Source: Azolla caroliniana (lineage: Eukaryota > Plantae > Polypodiophyta). Taken from it: a DNA stretch of 64,000 nucleotides. Position numbers and translations under genes: made by a program. Numbering within the stretch: the first letter of the stretch is position 1; the number at the start of each line of letters is the position of its first letter. The DNA lies in assembly GCA_043228905.1 (NCBI GenBank), contig JBHGNT010000015.1:18042001-18106000 (forward strand), written 5' to 3'. The notes below the pieces were generated by a model, which saw only the letters and a program-made list of their open reading frames with translations, did not search any database and had not been told where the DNA came from. Shown piece after piece: positions 1 through 15,100 of this stretch.

Positions 1-826
1 TTTATAATAGGATTTTAAAATTTCTGACGCTTTAGACTCTAAAGGAGAAAACTATGAGACCCATCAATTGATTTTTTTTTGTGTGATGAGGTTTTCCTAC
101 ATAGTTTTACCCTTATTGTACCAATACCCTTGCATTATTATCATTACGTTAAGGTAGTGGTATCAATTTGGGTTCGGGAAAGTGATTTATAAAGCCAAGC
201 AACTCTGTTATATTCATACAAGAGCTAACCATAATGTTGCTGAAGACTTTAACATACACATAACCATACGTTTATGACATCTTTAAAGATTTTATGAGTA
301 CTAAAATTATAGGCAGGTTGGTTGCCTGATATTAAGTGTCTTTTCTTTCATATTATGCTTTAGCATGTAATATCAACTTCTTAGATTGTAGCATGAGGAT
401 ATGGAAGATGCAAACATGTTTTTGGACACATCAGATTTCGTATTTGGTCTTTGTAGACATGCACCTATTACACATCCATGTGGCCAAGCTGTTCTATTAG
501 AATATAATCTTGTCCCTAACTATTGTATAGATTTGACATTGTAATTTCATTTGTTTTGATCAAGACTATTGTTTTTACTTCATGTCATGAAGCTATGAAG
601 TAAAAACAAGGTTTATCTTGTTCATAATTCAAACAAATAAATAGTTATGACAAATTCACAAACACTTGGTAATAAAACATGCAAATATGATAATGTATAT
701 AATTCTAATTGAAGGTATTTGTAAAGACATTGTGCATCTATCTAAAACTTTGCATCCATGCTATTTTCACAAGGATGATAGTGATAAGATTTTACTCATG
801 TTCAAAGAAAGACTATGAGCATGTGG

Positions 827-2407
827 TTATACATGGACTTCTAATTCCTTCATAATGAGGCGCGAAGGAGGAGGATCAACAAAATCAGAGTTGTAGAGGA
901 CATGGACAAGGACAAGGGTGGTGATGAACATGGGGACAGAACCAAATATCCAGAAAAGAAGTGGGAAAGATGCATAGAAGCTTCGAGCACCCATTGTATA
1001 GAATATGGTGGAGCGCTCTAGGAGACTAGCTATATACTCAGGTGTGAGAGCTCCACTTCCACCATCTGGAAGTATGGGGACATTTATCATGTAGTTGACA
1101 TAGTTAATGTATCGAATGGATTGAGTGTGACAAAGGAATGATGCCATCAAGCTTGCTATTAGTGTTACTGCCTTGACTGTGCCACATACACTACCACTAA
1201 TTCCATGTACTTGATTTCTAACAGGTGATAGTTGTTTGATGGTGTTTGCAAATGTCAAGTAAGTGGCTAGAGCTGCTGTTAGTAGCACTGCGGTAGTTGC
1301 CATTAGTGTCGCCTCCATGATTGAGTTCCGTAGTGTTTGTACTGCTAATACATTCTTCTTATGGTTCTCCTATGTTTGTCAAAGAAAAATGTACATCATT
1401 ATATATCTTAAAATTAAAATTGATGGTTAGGGGAATAAACTTTGCCCTTAAACAAGATAGAATATTTTGTTATGCTACTTGTTAGGCCTACCAAAAGAAA
1501 ACACGTCGACTTGACCTGTCAATGTGGATGGTAGCAAGGATGGATAAACATTAAATGCTTCAAGAGTAAACATGCATTAAGAGTGTTAGTTAAATGCTAA
1601 TGTTATGATGATGTGCAATTGTTTGACATTAAGCATCATGTTGTCCGAAAAGCAGGCACATGTCCCAATATGAACCCTAGTGTCCATTACATGATGGGTT
1701 ATGCATGACAACAGATACCCTAGTTATGTTGAAATATACCCTAGGTTCAATGTTTATGGAGTTGTTGCATTTAAGCTCAAATCCTTGTTCTTGAATATTT
1801 CACTAACCCAAAATCAACAAAATTTGGAATCTTCACATCTACTTGTTTTGAACTCTTTTATTTTATTTCTAGAACCAACTAAAATGTATTGAAATTTTCG
1901 TGACATATAGAAACATTGAGACAAATTGCAATGCCATGAATTCACACATGAAGAGGATATATTTTATTGGTGTATATGTGATACTATGTATGATACGTTT
2001 TAGAAAAAGAAGATGCATCTAACTTATTCATTAGGCATTTTGCAAGTAACTTGACGCGGAATGAGATGGGGATAATTTTGGGACACATGCTTCTATATTG
2101 CGTCTTCCATAGGATGAGATGTGTTAGGTGGGCTTCTTTAAGATACCCATGTTTCATATATGTATGTGGCTAGATTAGAACTTATGTAACTTGGAAATTT
2201 AGATTGAGAGGGAGGGAGGGAGAGTATACTAACAATGAGCATCTCGTAGACCCAGAGTCGCCTAGCTTTGTGGTTGATGCCCATGACAGTTTGCATTGGG
2301 CAACTTCTCACTTTATAACATAGGAACACATGATAAGCAATCAATATAGCAATGGATGCAGGGGCCAACACCAAGTCCAATATGTCCAAATTCTCTTGGT
2401 GTGCCAT
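827..2407 (-). CDS. DUF599 family membrane protein, 2 exons (2407-2234, 1369-827)
   Basis: Exon 1 MAHQENLDILDLVLAP...YHVFLCYKV...QTVMGINHKARRLWV splices (GT at 2233, AG at 1371-1370) in frame to ENHKKNVLAVQTLRNSIM...FLCHTQSIRYINYVNYMIN...FYASFPLLFWIFG. The LAVQTLRN and PLLxWIFG motifs are typical of plant DUF599 proteins. Confidence 0.88.
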
Positions 2408-5400
2408 ACTCTCTAACTACTGAACTATCAACAACTCTCTTGTCTTTAGTTGATGAAGGCACTACCCTATCACAACAACACACAATCTGCACTCCTTTGT
2501 ATCTCAATTTGGTACTTACTTCTAAATAGATAACTTCACACAATCCAAACACCTCACTCTTCTTTCTCTACCACACTTACGTAAACTATCCTAGTCATAG
2601 AGTCACTACAATAACCCATACACAAGAATCACAATATCACTTATAATGGATTCATTATTCTTACATTAGTCAAGTGCTTCTTCCACTTACACTAACCCCA
2701 CTAACCTATTCTTCACATCCATCACATCACATAATCTCTTAATTTATATAGAAAATAAACTCTTAGACATCCATAGTGGGAGCATAGTGAGATCACATAA
2801 AGTTCCTCTTAAAGTGTTTTTTATAACATACATATTATCCACATTGATTTCCTAGTATAGTGTAACTTTAACACTATGCTTTAATATTCTTTACACGACA
2901 TCTAATTCTAAATTGCTTTCATAACATATACCGATACAAACGGAAACCACACACAAAACCTTTTGTCTTGGCACAAAAGACTAGGTTTCCATAAGGTGTT
3001 ATATGAGATGAATGCGTTAAGACAATGTTAAATTTGCAATGTACTTCATGAAATATGCTATTAAAGACAAAACAATTATGTGCATTAAACTTTACTTGTT
3101 AAGTGTTTAGAATTACATATCCTCATCACTTCGATGTGAAACCAATATAAGTGTATATTGAACAAAATGCAATAGCACTTTAATTATGTTGGAAATAATG
3201 ATTAAATACATATCATAGTCCACTCCCACAAAATGCATAAAGTTAATAAATGCTACATTGATCTATAATATATCCAAATGAGGCTTCAAAGAATACACAA
3301 AGAATATGTTTCGTAATAATATCTAAAACAGATAATATGACTTTAATAGTCAAAAGATAAAATTTATGTGTGAACGTGGATCTAAGTCACTCATTCAAAC
3401 TCTTAAAGAAGTTATTTCTAATTGATAGATTCCTCAGAGGGGTAATACTAATATCCACAAAATAAAGGAATTATGGGATGTGTGTCGAATTCATGTTGGT
3501 TACATATAATTTCGACATGGGCATTTGATTGCCCAAGATGATTATAATTTATTTAGAGTTATTGTATCAATAATCTTTGTCTTCTAAGTGGATAAAGGGT
3601 CCCACGACACCTAAGATCAGAAAATAAATATGCGTTGGAATTGACTTTTTTGGAGCTAATAGAATCGTTTTCCACCCTTGGATTGCGACAAATAGATCCA
3701 CGATGACATCTTTATGAGCATCTTGTGACCGTGTATGCATATATCTATATTTTGTAGGAAACCAAGATTGGGAGGCCATTTTTATCTACCAACTGTACTT
3801 GTGGACGATATCGAACCAAAAAATATGAAATCTTCATTTAATAACAATGATAAATAGCTCAGAATCTTAAGGTTGTAACTTGTATATAAGAGGCTAGAGC
3901 ACAAGTTTTCAAGATAGTGATGGGTGGGGGATGACTAAAGTCAATTTCTATGATTTATAGAGGCAATGCTTTTACTACACATTGTGATTTAGCATGTAAT
4001 ATATTGTTACAACATAGTACTAACTGTAAGAATCCAAGAAAGGAACTTTCTAGATTCCCGCATTAAGTGCGTGTTCTAATATTTTTCCATTCTCACCATT
4101 TTAAAAAAACTTTGAATATTCTTACATTTATTCCTTTGCTTGTACTTTAATCCTAGATTCTATGCAATGAGTAAATATGCCTTAGAATCTGATATTCCCT
4201 ATACTATGTACATACATGGGTTTGTCGGGGGACAAACTTGTTTATCTTTTCTAAACTAAACATTTGGAATAAAAATTACGTGCACGCCAACTATGTTAGA
4301 AAATACTGTGATAGCATATAATATTATGTCTATCATATAGAACTCCTTTAAGTTACACTTCTAACAATCAAGAATATCTTGCAATAGAGAGATGGTGGTG
4401 GGAGAGTGTCATATATAAGCACATATGCAACAATCACAACTATCCACTCGAGGGCACCACCATCTAGGCACAAGTAGTGAACACACATGTAAAAGGAGCT
4501 TGGTTTCAATTTTGATAGGACCCTTTTGATGGAGAGGGGAACTTCTTATTCTTCACGTTGATGTAACCAACAACACCATTACATGGCTATGAAAATCACG
4601 GAATTGAGCATAGATTTGTGTTTGAAGAAACCTTTATGACATAGGGGAATGATCCTAATGCAACCAAGGCCCATGAACACTCTTAATATTGTTATTGGCA
4701 AAACCTCACCAATCAAAGAGTCCAACACATCACTAATATAGAATTTAATGAACCTCAAGGATTTGCGGAAGACGTAATGATGTCCCTAGACCTGATTTAA
4801 GGTAAGTTGAACATACATATCATCACAATTTTTGCAACCCAAACATCAATAAAGAATAATATGCACTAGGTGCTAGTTTCAACACTTTAAATCTTCGTCG
4901 AATGCGGAAGAAATTATATAGGGCTTGCAAAGATAAATGTAAGAGACAAACATATGGAGGGTTTCCTATCAAGGTGTTATGGGCATAACCACAATTTATT
5001 CCATGGTAGTCGTACCGTAGTATTCTACACACAAGGATAAAAGTTTGAGGGTTAATCGAGAGTGTAAAGAAGAGAGGATTACTTGTAATCATAGGGATTG
5101 AGACAACCCACAAGGGCCAAGTGTGAACTTGCCTAGGGGCCTTAGGTGTGGTTATAAATATTAGGCCTAGTTATCTTCATTGGACACATTATTTGACTAC
5201 TTTGAGACTGTGATATTGTGGTCAACAAACTTGTGGCAAACACTCTTCATGGAATTCAAGTGTCTTGATCTTCATGGCAAACACTCTTCATCCATTGTAT
5301 GCTCCACTAACCAATACACACAAGCACTTAGTCACCCTCTTTAGACTTTCAACCATTGTACGTTAAATAGTAAATTAATTACATGCATGATCAATTTAGA

Positions 5401-6102
5401 CTTTGCATGTCTCCACAAGAATGAGCTCATTCCATCTCACATAAACTTATTGACCAAGAGCATCCCTAATGGTGGGCATATAGGTTCAAGAATAGTATCC
5501 AATGCAATCAAATGATTATTCCAATGCATCGAGAGATTCATATACAAGCATAATAATTTGCTCATAAGAAACTAGTTGAAAAATAAAACAGCATTTGGTA
5601 GATAACAAACCAAGGACAAAAAATGCAATACATCTTACAAAGCCCAAACCCCTTATGGCAAGTTGTACAGGGTAAGAGCTCAGTAATGGAATATACAGGG
5701 TTGAATGTAAAATTGTGCTCTACCAATGGGCGTACACTGGTGGGAAGCAAATAGGTTATCAATACACAGCCATGGTTTCAGCTCCTTTACTTTCACCTTT
5801 TTTACTCCTAAACAACATCAGTCTCCAAACAGTTGATTCAACAATATCAATAACAACACTTCCAGGCTTTAACCAATTACATTATCCATAAAACAAATCG
5901 ACTTCTAAGATAGCATTGTCATACAGCTTCCAAAATCATGGTCTTCCTCTCTACACACTTTGTAGGTTGTGCAATAAATAAAGATTTATTTATGTTTGTC
6001 CTGAGAGCTGTAGGGCTGAGAATGCAAAAATAATATAATAACATAATTAATACAAGCCAAAGCTTATTTATTCATGGAAAGAAACAGAACCAACAAATAA
6101 TC

Positions 6103-9100
6103 TTATGATTGGAGATAGCTTGCATATTTTGCACGTAATAGAAGCTTTTGAACACAAAGCAAAGCTTCCCTCCTCACTTCAGGATTGTCATGTTCCATAA
6201 GACTCATAATACGACTTTTGGCTTTCAAATCCAGCACAATCATTCGCCCCGATGGATGGTTTTGTATAAATTGTGACAAATCGTAACAGCAAATAGACAA
6301 TGTCTTTGCATCGTTGGATGTATTCAAGAGAGTTACAAGCAGTCGGAGCACCTGAAAAAAAAAAAAAAAATAAAACAATTAAACAATCGTTTGAAGTATT
6401 GCTAAACAATACTTTATTGTATAGGAAGAAAAGTTATTCACAAGCCCAATTTCCTGAGCTTGTCAAGAAATCTCAATTTTTCTATGTTATGGGAAGCATA
6501 AGCATGTGATCAGTTTACAAATCTGGTAGAATTAAAGCACAATGTACCAATGTTTTTCACAACACACTTTAACTGACAGATGGCCCATCACGAAACCATC
6601 GAAGGACATGGATGATGTGAAACAGTTTGTGGCATGGTCAACACCCTCCTCTGTAATGCCTCTGTGCAGTTATTAGCATTCACAGTAGGATGGGTAAGTA
6701 CATATTCCCTTGCTTAGAGCTCCATAATCAACCACCAGAAACACAGGTATCTGAGTCAAGGATGGCTACATACCACCCAGTTTTAGGAAGTTAATGAATA
6801 AGAGGTGCAAAACAACAAATGAACTCGAAATATAGATTCTAACCACATTCCCTCAAAACATTCCTTTCTGGTGTGGTTCCTCCTACATGGGATTAGTCCT
6901 TTGAATGCTTAGAGGAGGAAAAAAGACTAAGCCATCTGTCCATAGAATGCCCCACAACAAACTGTTCTATACTCTCTGAAGACTGTCCCAACAACTAGAG
7001 TTCCTGTTGTAAATAAATGTTCCGAAAGGAGAAACTATGAGGCTCAGCACCGCCATGTGGAATGGTATGAGAAGCCAATATATATGTGCTCTGTGCATGT
7101 GTAGTTATAAAATGATTTTTAACCATCAAACGGCGATGGCTAAGGCATGTTTTTACACAACCTTTGAGTGCAGATACATATGCTAGTTTCACAAGTTCAT
7201 GCAAGTTGTGGAGAAAAAAGTCGGCAGTCTCTAAAAGAAACAAAACCAGTAGAGGTAAGATTCAAGCTAGACCCCAAATGAATGAGCTACCCATCAAGCA
7301 GAGGAGCAAACATATGCAGAGAGAGATTCTGGCTTGAGGTAGGAATCAAAGCAAAGATCTGGATAGCAAAAGAAGTTGCCACCATTTTGAGTAACTTGAT
7401 ATGTGCATGCCAGCATGGAACCTCCGAAGTTTTGGGCCAGGAGATGATAGAAGACAAAAGGGGATGATTGTGGAAACAAAAGAGAGCATTTCCAATGATA
7501 GTGTAGACAGCTTAATTACAATAATAGAGGCTTCCAATAATAGAGGTTTGCAATAATAAATGTGGATTAACACCTTGAAAATCTTTTTTACAGTTTAATA
7601 CTCCGTCTTGATTAAACCCCTCCCTTTTATGCATGAATGTTTTACGTGCATGAAAGTGCCATTAGTGCACATGCTTATTTCCCACTCCCTTTCACTAACC
7701 ATTGGCCCAAATTATACTTGTTACACACACACACTTACAAACCATACATTTGGTTTGGTTTAGGCACAGAGCAAACAGTAACCCCTTCAGAGGATGAAGG
7801 CTTTCGCACATGGTTAATCTTTCCTATAGGTCACACTTCGACCTTGACATCATTCCATATTTTTCCTCATTTCAATATATTTCAGAATTTATAGTGACAA
7901 AAAGAAATAAAAAAGCAACCACTCAATGCATCAGATTTACCAATTATATACGGCGTATACACATGCTAAATGGCTATTACAAAAACCAAATAGCAAAGCA
8001 GATCATATATCACAAATATGTAAAGCCTGGAAATTTTATTGATCTAAAAGAAAAAATATCAGTATGTTATAAAAAATTTCAATGTCTTAATTCAGTGCTC
8101 TAACCTGAAAATCATGATCTTCAAATTTGCTAATATTCTCACGCCAAAATGCTGGGTCTTTGTGGACTGGTGTCCATTCCAGAGCTCCAGAGGAAACTTC
8201 TTGCTTGTACTTGTCAAAAGAACTTAAAGTTTTGATACTGACTTTAAGAGACTCTTCAACAGAACTAAGTGCATCAATGAGATCCTGACACATAAAAAAT
8301 GCAGGTTAAGCAACCAGCAATTATATCAATTTGTTAGGTTTTGTTAGGTTTTAAATAATATAGTAAGTACCTCATCCGTCCATGCCTGCAGCTTCAAATT
8401 TTGAACAACTTTTGGTAATCCAAGGTCAACCATTGTGCTTGCTAAATGAGATTTCCCCAAAAGGTTTCTCAAAGTCAAAATGGCTACTCGCACAACCTAT
8501 TCATTTTTTTTCTAAATATTAGAGGTCAAAACATCATCACATGCCATGATATGTGCATTAAGATACCTTTCTTTATTAATTCACCTTTTCTTTTGTTGAT
8601 GTCTTGGCAACTTCAACAAGCCGAGGCAGAATCCCAGCTGAAGTTATAGCATCGACATAAGAGTCATTGAAAGACAGAAGCCATACACAAAGTATTGCTT
8701 CATATAACAGCTGCATTAAACATTCTGCCTAAAATTATGTTTCCAGACAAAAAAAATTCTTCTGGGACTCGGGGATATAACTAACACTATAAATTTAGAA
8801 TTCATAAATCTTCATTGTGCTCTAGATGAACAAGTACAAGGGAGAATCATTGTTGATATGCACAATCAGAATCTTGCTATTGCCATTTTTCTCATTCATA
8901 AGTTTCAGAGAGTTCGTTTATAAATTGAGAGAAACAATCTAAATGACATTACATGGAAGGGACAATGTGATGCACAGCCTGTGTTGTTTCACAAAGAGGC
9001 ATTAGCAGAAATAAACATTCTACTATTTTTATAGATAGTAAAACTAAGAGAAAAACAAAATTTATAGTATACCATCCAATGCATTCATCTATTCCATAAA

Positions 9101-12100
9101 AAGAATTATTACTTCAAGAAAACCCCTAAATTCCATTCTTATAACAAAAAGTTTAGGCTTTGCAAAATAATTTAGAACCCAGGGCTCTTCAAATAAGGAA
9201 GCTTATTCTCAATCGGGATATCTTCCTTGACCACTTTTTATTCTAAAGAGTTGAATTCCAATCCTTGTATGTTGTGCACATGAATTTCTGGCACTGTCTT
9301 CCGTTGAATAAAAATACAAAAAAAGTACCTGGATATATTGTTGATTTGAAGCCGGGGAAATCAGAGGTGCCAAACACTGCAATCCATCACCAAGGACAAA
9401 CAATTTTCGAACATATGGATCCCTGAGCAGAGTTCCAAGAGAGGATACAGCGGCTGGGATAGCTCTCGTAGGATGTGATGGTCGTCTCAACTGCAAATAA
9501 ATTTTAATAGCTCACTTTCAGCTCTCTCTCCTTTAGGCTCTGCCATGCCTTTATTTATCCTTGTCACTGTGCCTTTTCTTTATTTTTCTCGTTATTGGAC
9601 ATATATCATATCTTGCGGGAGCCTGGGATGTAGCTTCTTTGGTCTCATAGGTTCTTTTGGCCTTTCTAAGATGTTAATAATAAATATTATTTTATTTCTC
9701 TCATTTAATATAATTATGGAGCTTTCAGAATTCTAGAGCTTTGATTTCTTTTTCATTATGGATAACACGAATTCATCCATTTTTTAATTCATTATTTTGT
9801 CTCATACAACAATCTTAATCACTATTCACAAAATTTGCCTCTTCATTAACACAACCTTGGCTACAAATAAAGGAGATATCACCAAGGAAAGAAAGATTGT
9901 TGAGAATGGAGATGCGAACTTCCATGGCTGAAAATTTAGCCAAAACAACCCAAAAGTTTGGAGTTCCATGGCTGCAACAAAACCATGTGATAACAGCCAA
10001 GGGAGATTGAAGAACATCAATTCTTTTATGTGAATCCTTCCAAAATTTACCATAAGCCTGTATGAAGATGTGAATGGACTCGGGGTCTTCAACCTTAACT
10101 TGTACCACAATTACTTTTTCGATCTATTCACGCCATCTTGTCCAATATACCCACACTAGCTATACAATCATAGCCGACATTTCCTAAGACAGACAGATCA
10201 TATATTTACAAATGTAACGTATCATGCTAGAAGAATCTTCTATGCAGGATAATGTGCACCTCAGATTCCAGATGTAATGTCATTGAGACAACTGTAATAT
10301 AGTTATGTACACTTGGCATCAACAGTAAGAACATGGTCATTTCACCCCCATTACTCCTAAGAAGATGTTTGTGAATGTCGGACTCTATCCTATGTTGCAA
10401 ACAAATTATATAAGATCAATTAATATACATAATACATAATGTGTCATTGTATAAACTAAGTTTTGTACTGCCATGTTATGAACATAGCCTTATGAAACAA
10501 TTTAAATGCTAATATTTAATTTTTTTCAAGTGTAACATAAGTTGGAAAACAGTCATCCTAGGACTTGCGAAAACCCCATATGTGGCATCTGGGAGCCTAA
10601 GAAGTCAACTATCAAAGGGGACTAATTGCCCCCTTTGATACAGCACCTAAAGATACTATTGACACTTAGTCTGTAAGGCAAAATTCTCAAATTTTGGATG
10701 CATGGATTGGCTGACTTCCAATGTATAGCATAAGGCCATATTCAGTGGTATGGGACACCATTGGGGTTGTGTTCATCTCGTCCTGTGATTGGGGTTGATG
10801 GGTGTGGTTAACCACCCTTAATCCATTTTTTTCTTTAATATTTTCATCGATCATTTATTGCTAGTACGCAGTCGTAATATAGAGTGAGGCATTTCAATTT
10901 CTTCATCAAATAAGCCAAAGAAACCCATTCATCCCAAACTATTGACTTTTGTTTTCACTGGTAAATGGAGTAGAATATCTGTAAATATTAGTGATACTTC
11001 AAAGGGTTAGTATCGATATGATCGCCATACCTGATTGCAAACCCAATCAACCAGAACTCTAAGCACATCATCAATTTTCGATGAGGCAGATCGATTCAGA
11101 TCTTTTGCTTCAGCGGTTTTAGGTCGTGCACTGCAATATACAAAAATTGTTTAATAGGAATTTGCCAAAATGAACAAAAGTGTAAAAGTGTCATCTCAAG
11201 CTGAACTTCAAACCTTGTTATAAGTGTTAGTATTTTGTAACTCGTCTCCTGTATAAACCAGTTCTCTTTGTTCAGCAATCTGCAGTAATTAACCTACGGC
11301 TTAGTTACTGAGACATTGACTCATTCCAATCACTAAACATACATAGAGTGTCCAAGTTCAAAAATGCTGTAAATCAGAGAGAAACGTTTGCTTTCAAATG
11401 TGAATACGAGATTATTATAGAGCTCGTATCGATACACTGTTGTATTATCAACACATGTGTGAATTGTTTTTTATTATTGCCTCTACATGATGAGACTCAT
11501 TCAATAGAAAAATAATTTGCATTTATCTTATTACATTTTTTTCTGTCTACACAATAACGCAAATCATATTTAAATCCGGATAAGCATGATGTTTGCATGA
11601 TGCCCATTGCCATTACGGATCACAGTTCATGCCAATCACTGTTTCAAGCACCTAGAAAAGGTTGAACTTCCCAAAGAACCTAAAAATATTTTTTTCTAGT
11701 GCCGGACCCAGTCACTTCCTGCACCTTCAGTTACCACAGAAGTCTTAATGCCAATCCGTTTCCTATGCATTTCATGTTAATATTGAATAAACGATGCAAA
11801 TAATGCTTACATAAATCATGGGTAAGCTGCAACTCAATACCTTAGAAAAGGGTGATAGATATCATCATTTGCAAACAAATCATCATGAAATAATCTTGCC
11901 CTCTTTGGATTTGCTGCAAAATCATAGAACCCAATTTAGACATTTTCAAAGATGAAATAGTCCTAAAGGAATTAAGGGAATTTACAAATTTTCTTTCAGT
12001 AAAGGAAAGAATTTACAGTTAGTACTATTCAGAGTGTGAGAAAAGCTGTTAATAGCAGCAGCGGAAGACTTAAAACAAAATAGGCACAGCCAAGCTGTGA

Positions 12101-15100
12101 GAAGGCTGTTAGACAGCAGTAGAAAAAAGGGTTGCAAAGAGCAAAGACACAGCCAAGGAATAGAGCTTGTTTTTAAGTAGCAACCAAAGTAAAAAAAGTC
12201 TTTACAAAAGAGGCTGGTATAGCCTATTTATACAAAATTGGGGAAAGTGGGTGAAATGGTTGTTTGGTAGTAAAGTGGCTCTTGTACTACCAAACAGGTA
12301 CAAAAAACTAGGAATAAAAGGGAATATCTTGGAAAAAGTAGAAGAGAAAAAAGGCATTTAAAGCATTACAAATTCTAGAGAGAGACGGCATTAAAGGAGT
12401 TGTAGATTCTAGAGAGGGAAGAATCTGGGAAGGGAGAGAATATAGTACAAAGATAATAAAGATGAAAGAGAGTGCAGGGCTGGAGCTGCCACCCTCCAAC
12501 ACAGAGATGACTAAAAAAAGGTTCCTAATTCAGCAAATCATCCATTTTTCATTAAAGATTATTAAAAATACATCTCTAACTGGTAGAAATCTTCATTCAG
12601 ATAGCCAAAAATTATAAATATGGGGGAGGATAACCATCCTTGATCTGTTTTTTTTTGTTAATTAAGAATCCAGTAGAGGTAAAAAAAAACAAAACATGAA
12701 TCACCTAATAATGGCATTACAAGCAACATTATCATTGCTTCTTTGCCATAATACTTGAACCAGACTCTAGATAGCCAATAGATATGTGAGAAAAACGTGT
12801 ATCCTTGTACTATACCTTAGTTGTTAAGAATCAAAAAGAGATGCAATACTTCATTCTTTGAGACTAAAATTGCTGGGTGAGTATAAAGCTGTTCTCCATG
12901 CATTTTTTGTCCTAGTACTATGATCCCATTTGTATTATCATGTATACCTCTAACATCACCTTTCATACACTTGCAAAAGTATACCACTTTCTTGGATTAC
13001 ATGATTGCAGGCTCTCCAGGCTGTGGACCCATGAATCTAAGGTCAGAGGTAAATGAAAACCTCCTCCTATGGCTGGACATGTATCACTGAGAGCAATAAT
13101 AAGGAAAGACAGGCTTAAATATCCATGGTCATCATGTGTTCTCTTGTTATATCTGTGCAGTGTAGACATAGAAAGAAAATATGAGAGTCAAAATCTAAGC
13201 TTTGATGTTTTTGGAACATCAATCAATACTACTGATTCTATATTACAGGTAGCCTGCAATGTCGCAGAACCCTAAAACTTCTGCATAGAATATTATAAAT
13301 ATAAAAACACCATCAATACAACTGATTCTATATTACAGGTAGCCCTGCAATCTAGCAGAACACTACAACTTCTGCATAGAATATTCTTAATATTAAATAC
13401 ATAATATTATGCACAACAGATTGCAGCGATGCAAGTAATAAAGAAAACGAAGGGTAATGCAAAAAAACCTGAGAGCAACTCGTCGATTAGCGCAAGAACA
13501 TATTCCAATGTCTCCTCTTTTGTTATGTCACGCAGTATGCTTACAAATAAACGGACATATACTGCACCATTCTGCAGTATGTAAAACTTTATAAGATGAT
13601 TTTCTTGAATTAACAGATATTTTATTGTAATAGTTATTCGATTCTTCCTATACTCCACTGGTCAATGGTCACAGGTTGCACGAACCACAGATTATGCCAA
13701 CAGAAATTTAATTTACAGGCACAATACGTGAATGGCTTTGATTTACATGAGAATTAAATCGAAAATATCTAAAGGGCTTTAAACAATTGACTAATCTATT
13801 TCCCTTTTAGCATCAGATCTTTATCCACATTGATCCCATTGGAGCAGCAATTCAAATCAAAATCATATTCTTTTTCACTAAAATATATCATTGTCTTTTT
13901 ACCGCGTTTGCTACTTCATATAAGCAGATTGGATGTATCTATGTGTATTTTATGTAAGTTGTGCTTCTCTGAAATTTGAATATTACCCTCATGCCATCAT
14001 ATTTACTTGAAGTGAGCATTTGGTGTGCCGCTTTTTTTATGGTGATCAAGTGTTAGAGCATGAGCGTAAATGGTAGCCAGACTTATAAACAAGGTACATT
14101 AAGACTCTATTATGGGGAACTTTAAAGAAAAGCATGAAGGCCTATTCAGGGGAGCAATAGCAAACTTCTAATGTATGGTACATACATATGCTGAACACAT
14201 ATATGAGCTCTTGTAGCTTCATCAGGCTATAGACAAGCAAGCGTCCACAGAAATGGATTTCGATAAAAAAATTTGAGGCAAAATACAAAATTCCCGTAAA
14301 CTATGTACAGAATCCAGATATCGATCTCCCAGCCAAGTGCATCCATGAATATTGCAGAGCCAATGAGGTTTCATATTTCAGGACACATGGTTGTCTATGC
14401 AACCTCTATGCAGCATGTTGCAGATAATTGCACCTTGGGATTGTTTACAAGCTCGTGCCCTATTTTGGAGAGATTCCCTCCCCATAGTTGTTTCAATACG
14501 CATATTCTACACAATAAATATGTTTTAGAGTATTCACATGTATTCAGAATATATCCTACATTTTAGAACTGCCATTTTTACAATTAAAAATCTTGGGCCC
14601 ATTTTTGTAATATTTTTTTGTAGGTTTATTTTGCGGAAGGAAAATGAATAAATAAATTAGGAGTTTTTTGGCAAAATAACTCTGTCAATCCTTATTTTCC
14701 ATCAATATATTGCACCTTGCATTGTGATATGTCTTCACCATCAGAATCGTTGCATCGTCACACTAAGATCTGATCAAAGTATTTCAATCATTTTACTCAT
14801 GTGCCCCTCAATTGAATGTGCATATTGTTGCTAACATCTCATAAAATGGTGTAAACACATGTCAAGATCCAACTTGATGCTATTGATATTAGAAGTATTC
14901 AATGCATTTAGCATTTTCTACGTATTTAACATACACATTGCATGCACGTCCTATGTTATGCATGTTACAATCATGCCTCGTGCATCATATCCACTCGCTC
15001 CAACTAGATACAGTATCTTAAATTTACTTTTTTGGTCTAAACTTTAATGCGATGGGCAGACTTGAATGAATTAGCAAGGGCTAGAATTGATTACACCATG

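Noticed and set aside
4390-5360. Decayed LTR-like segment
   Set aside because: TATA-like and short repeated motifs are present, but termini, TSD and coding domains could not be defined.
9815-10110. Possible LINE ORF1 remnant in a VHA-H intron
   Set aside because: Short overlapping ORFs without a motif I can firmly recognise; a profile search is needed.
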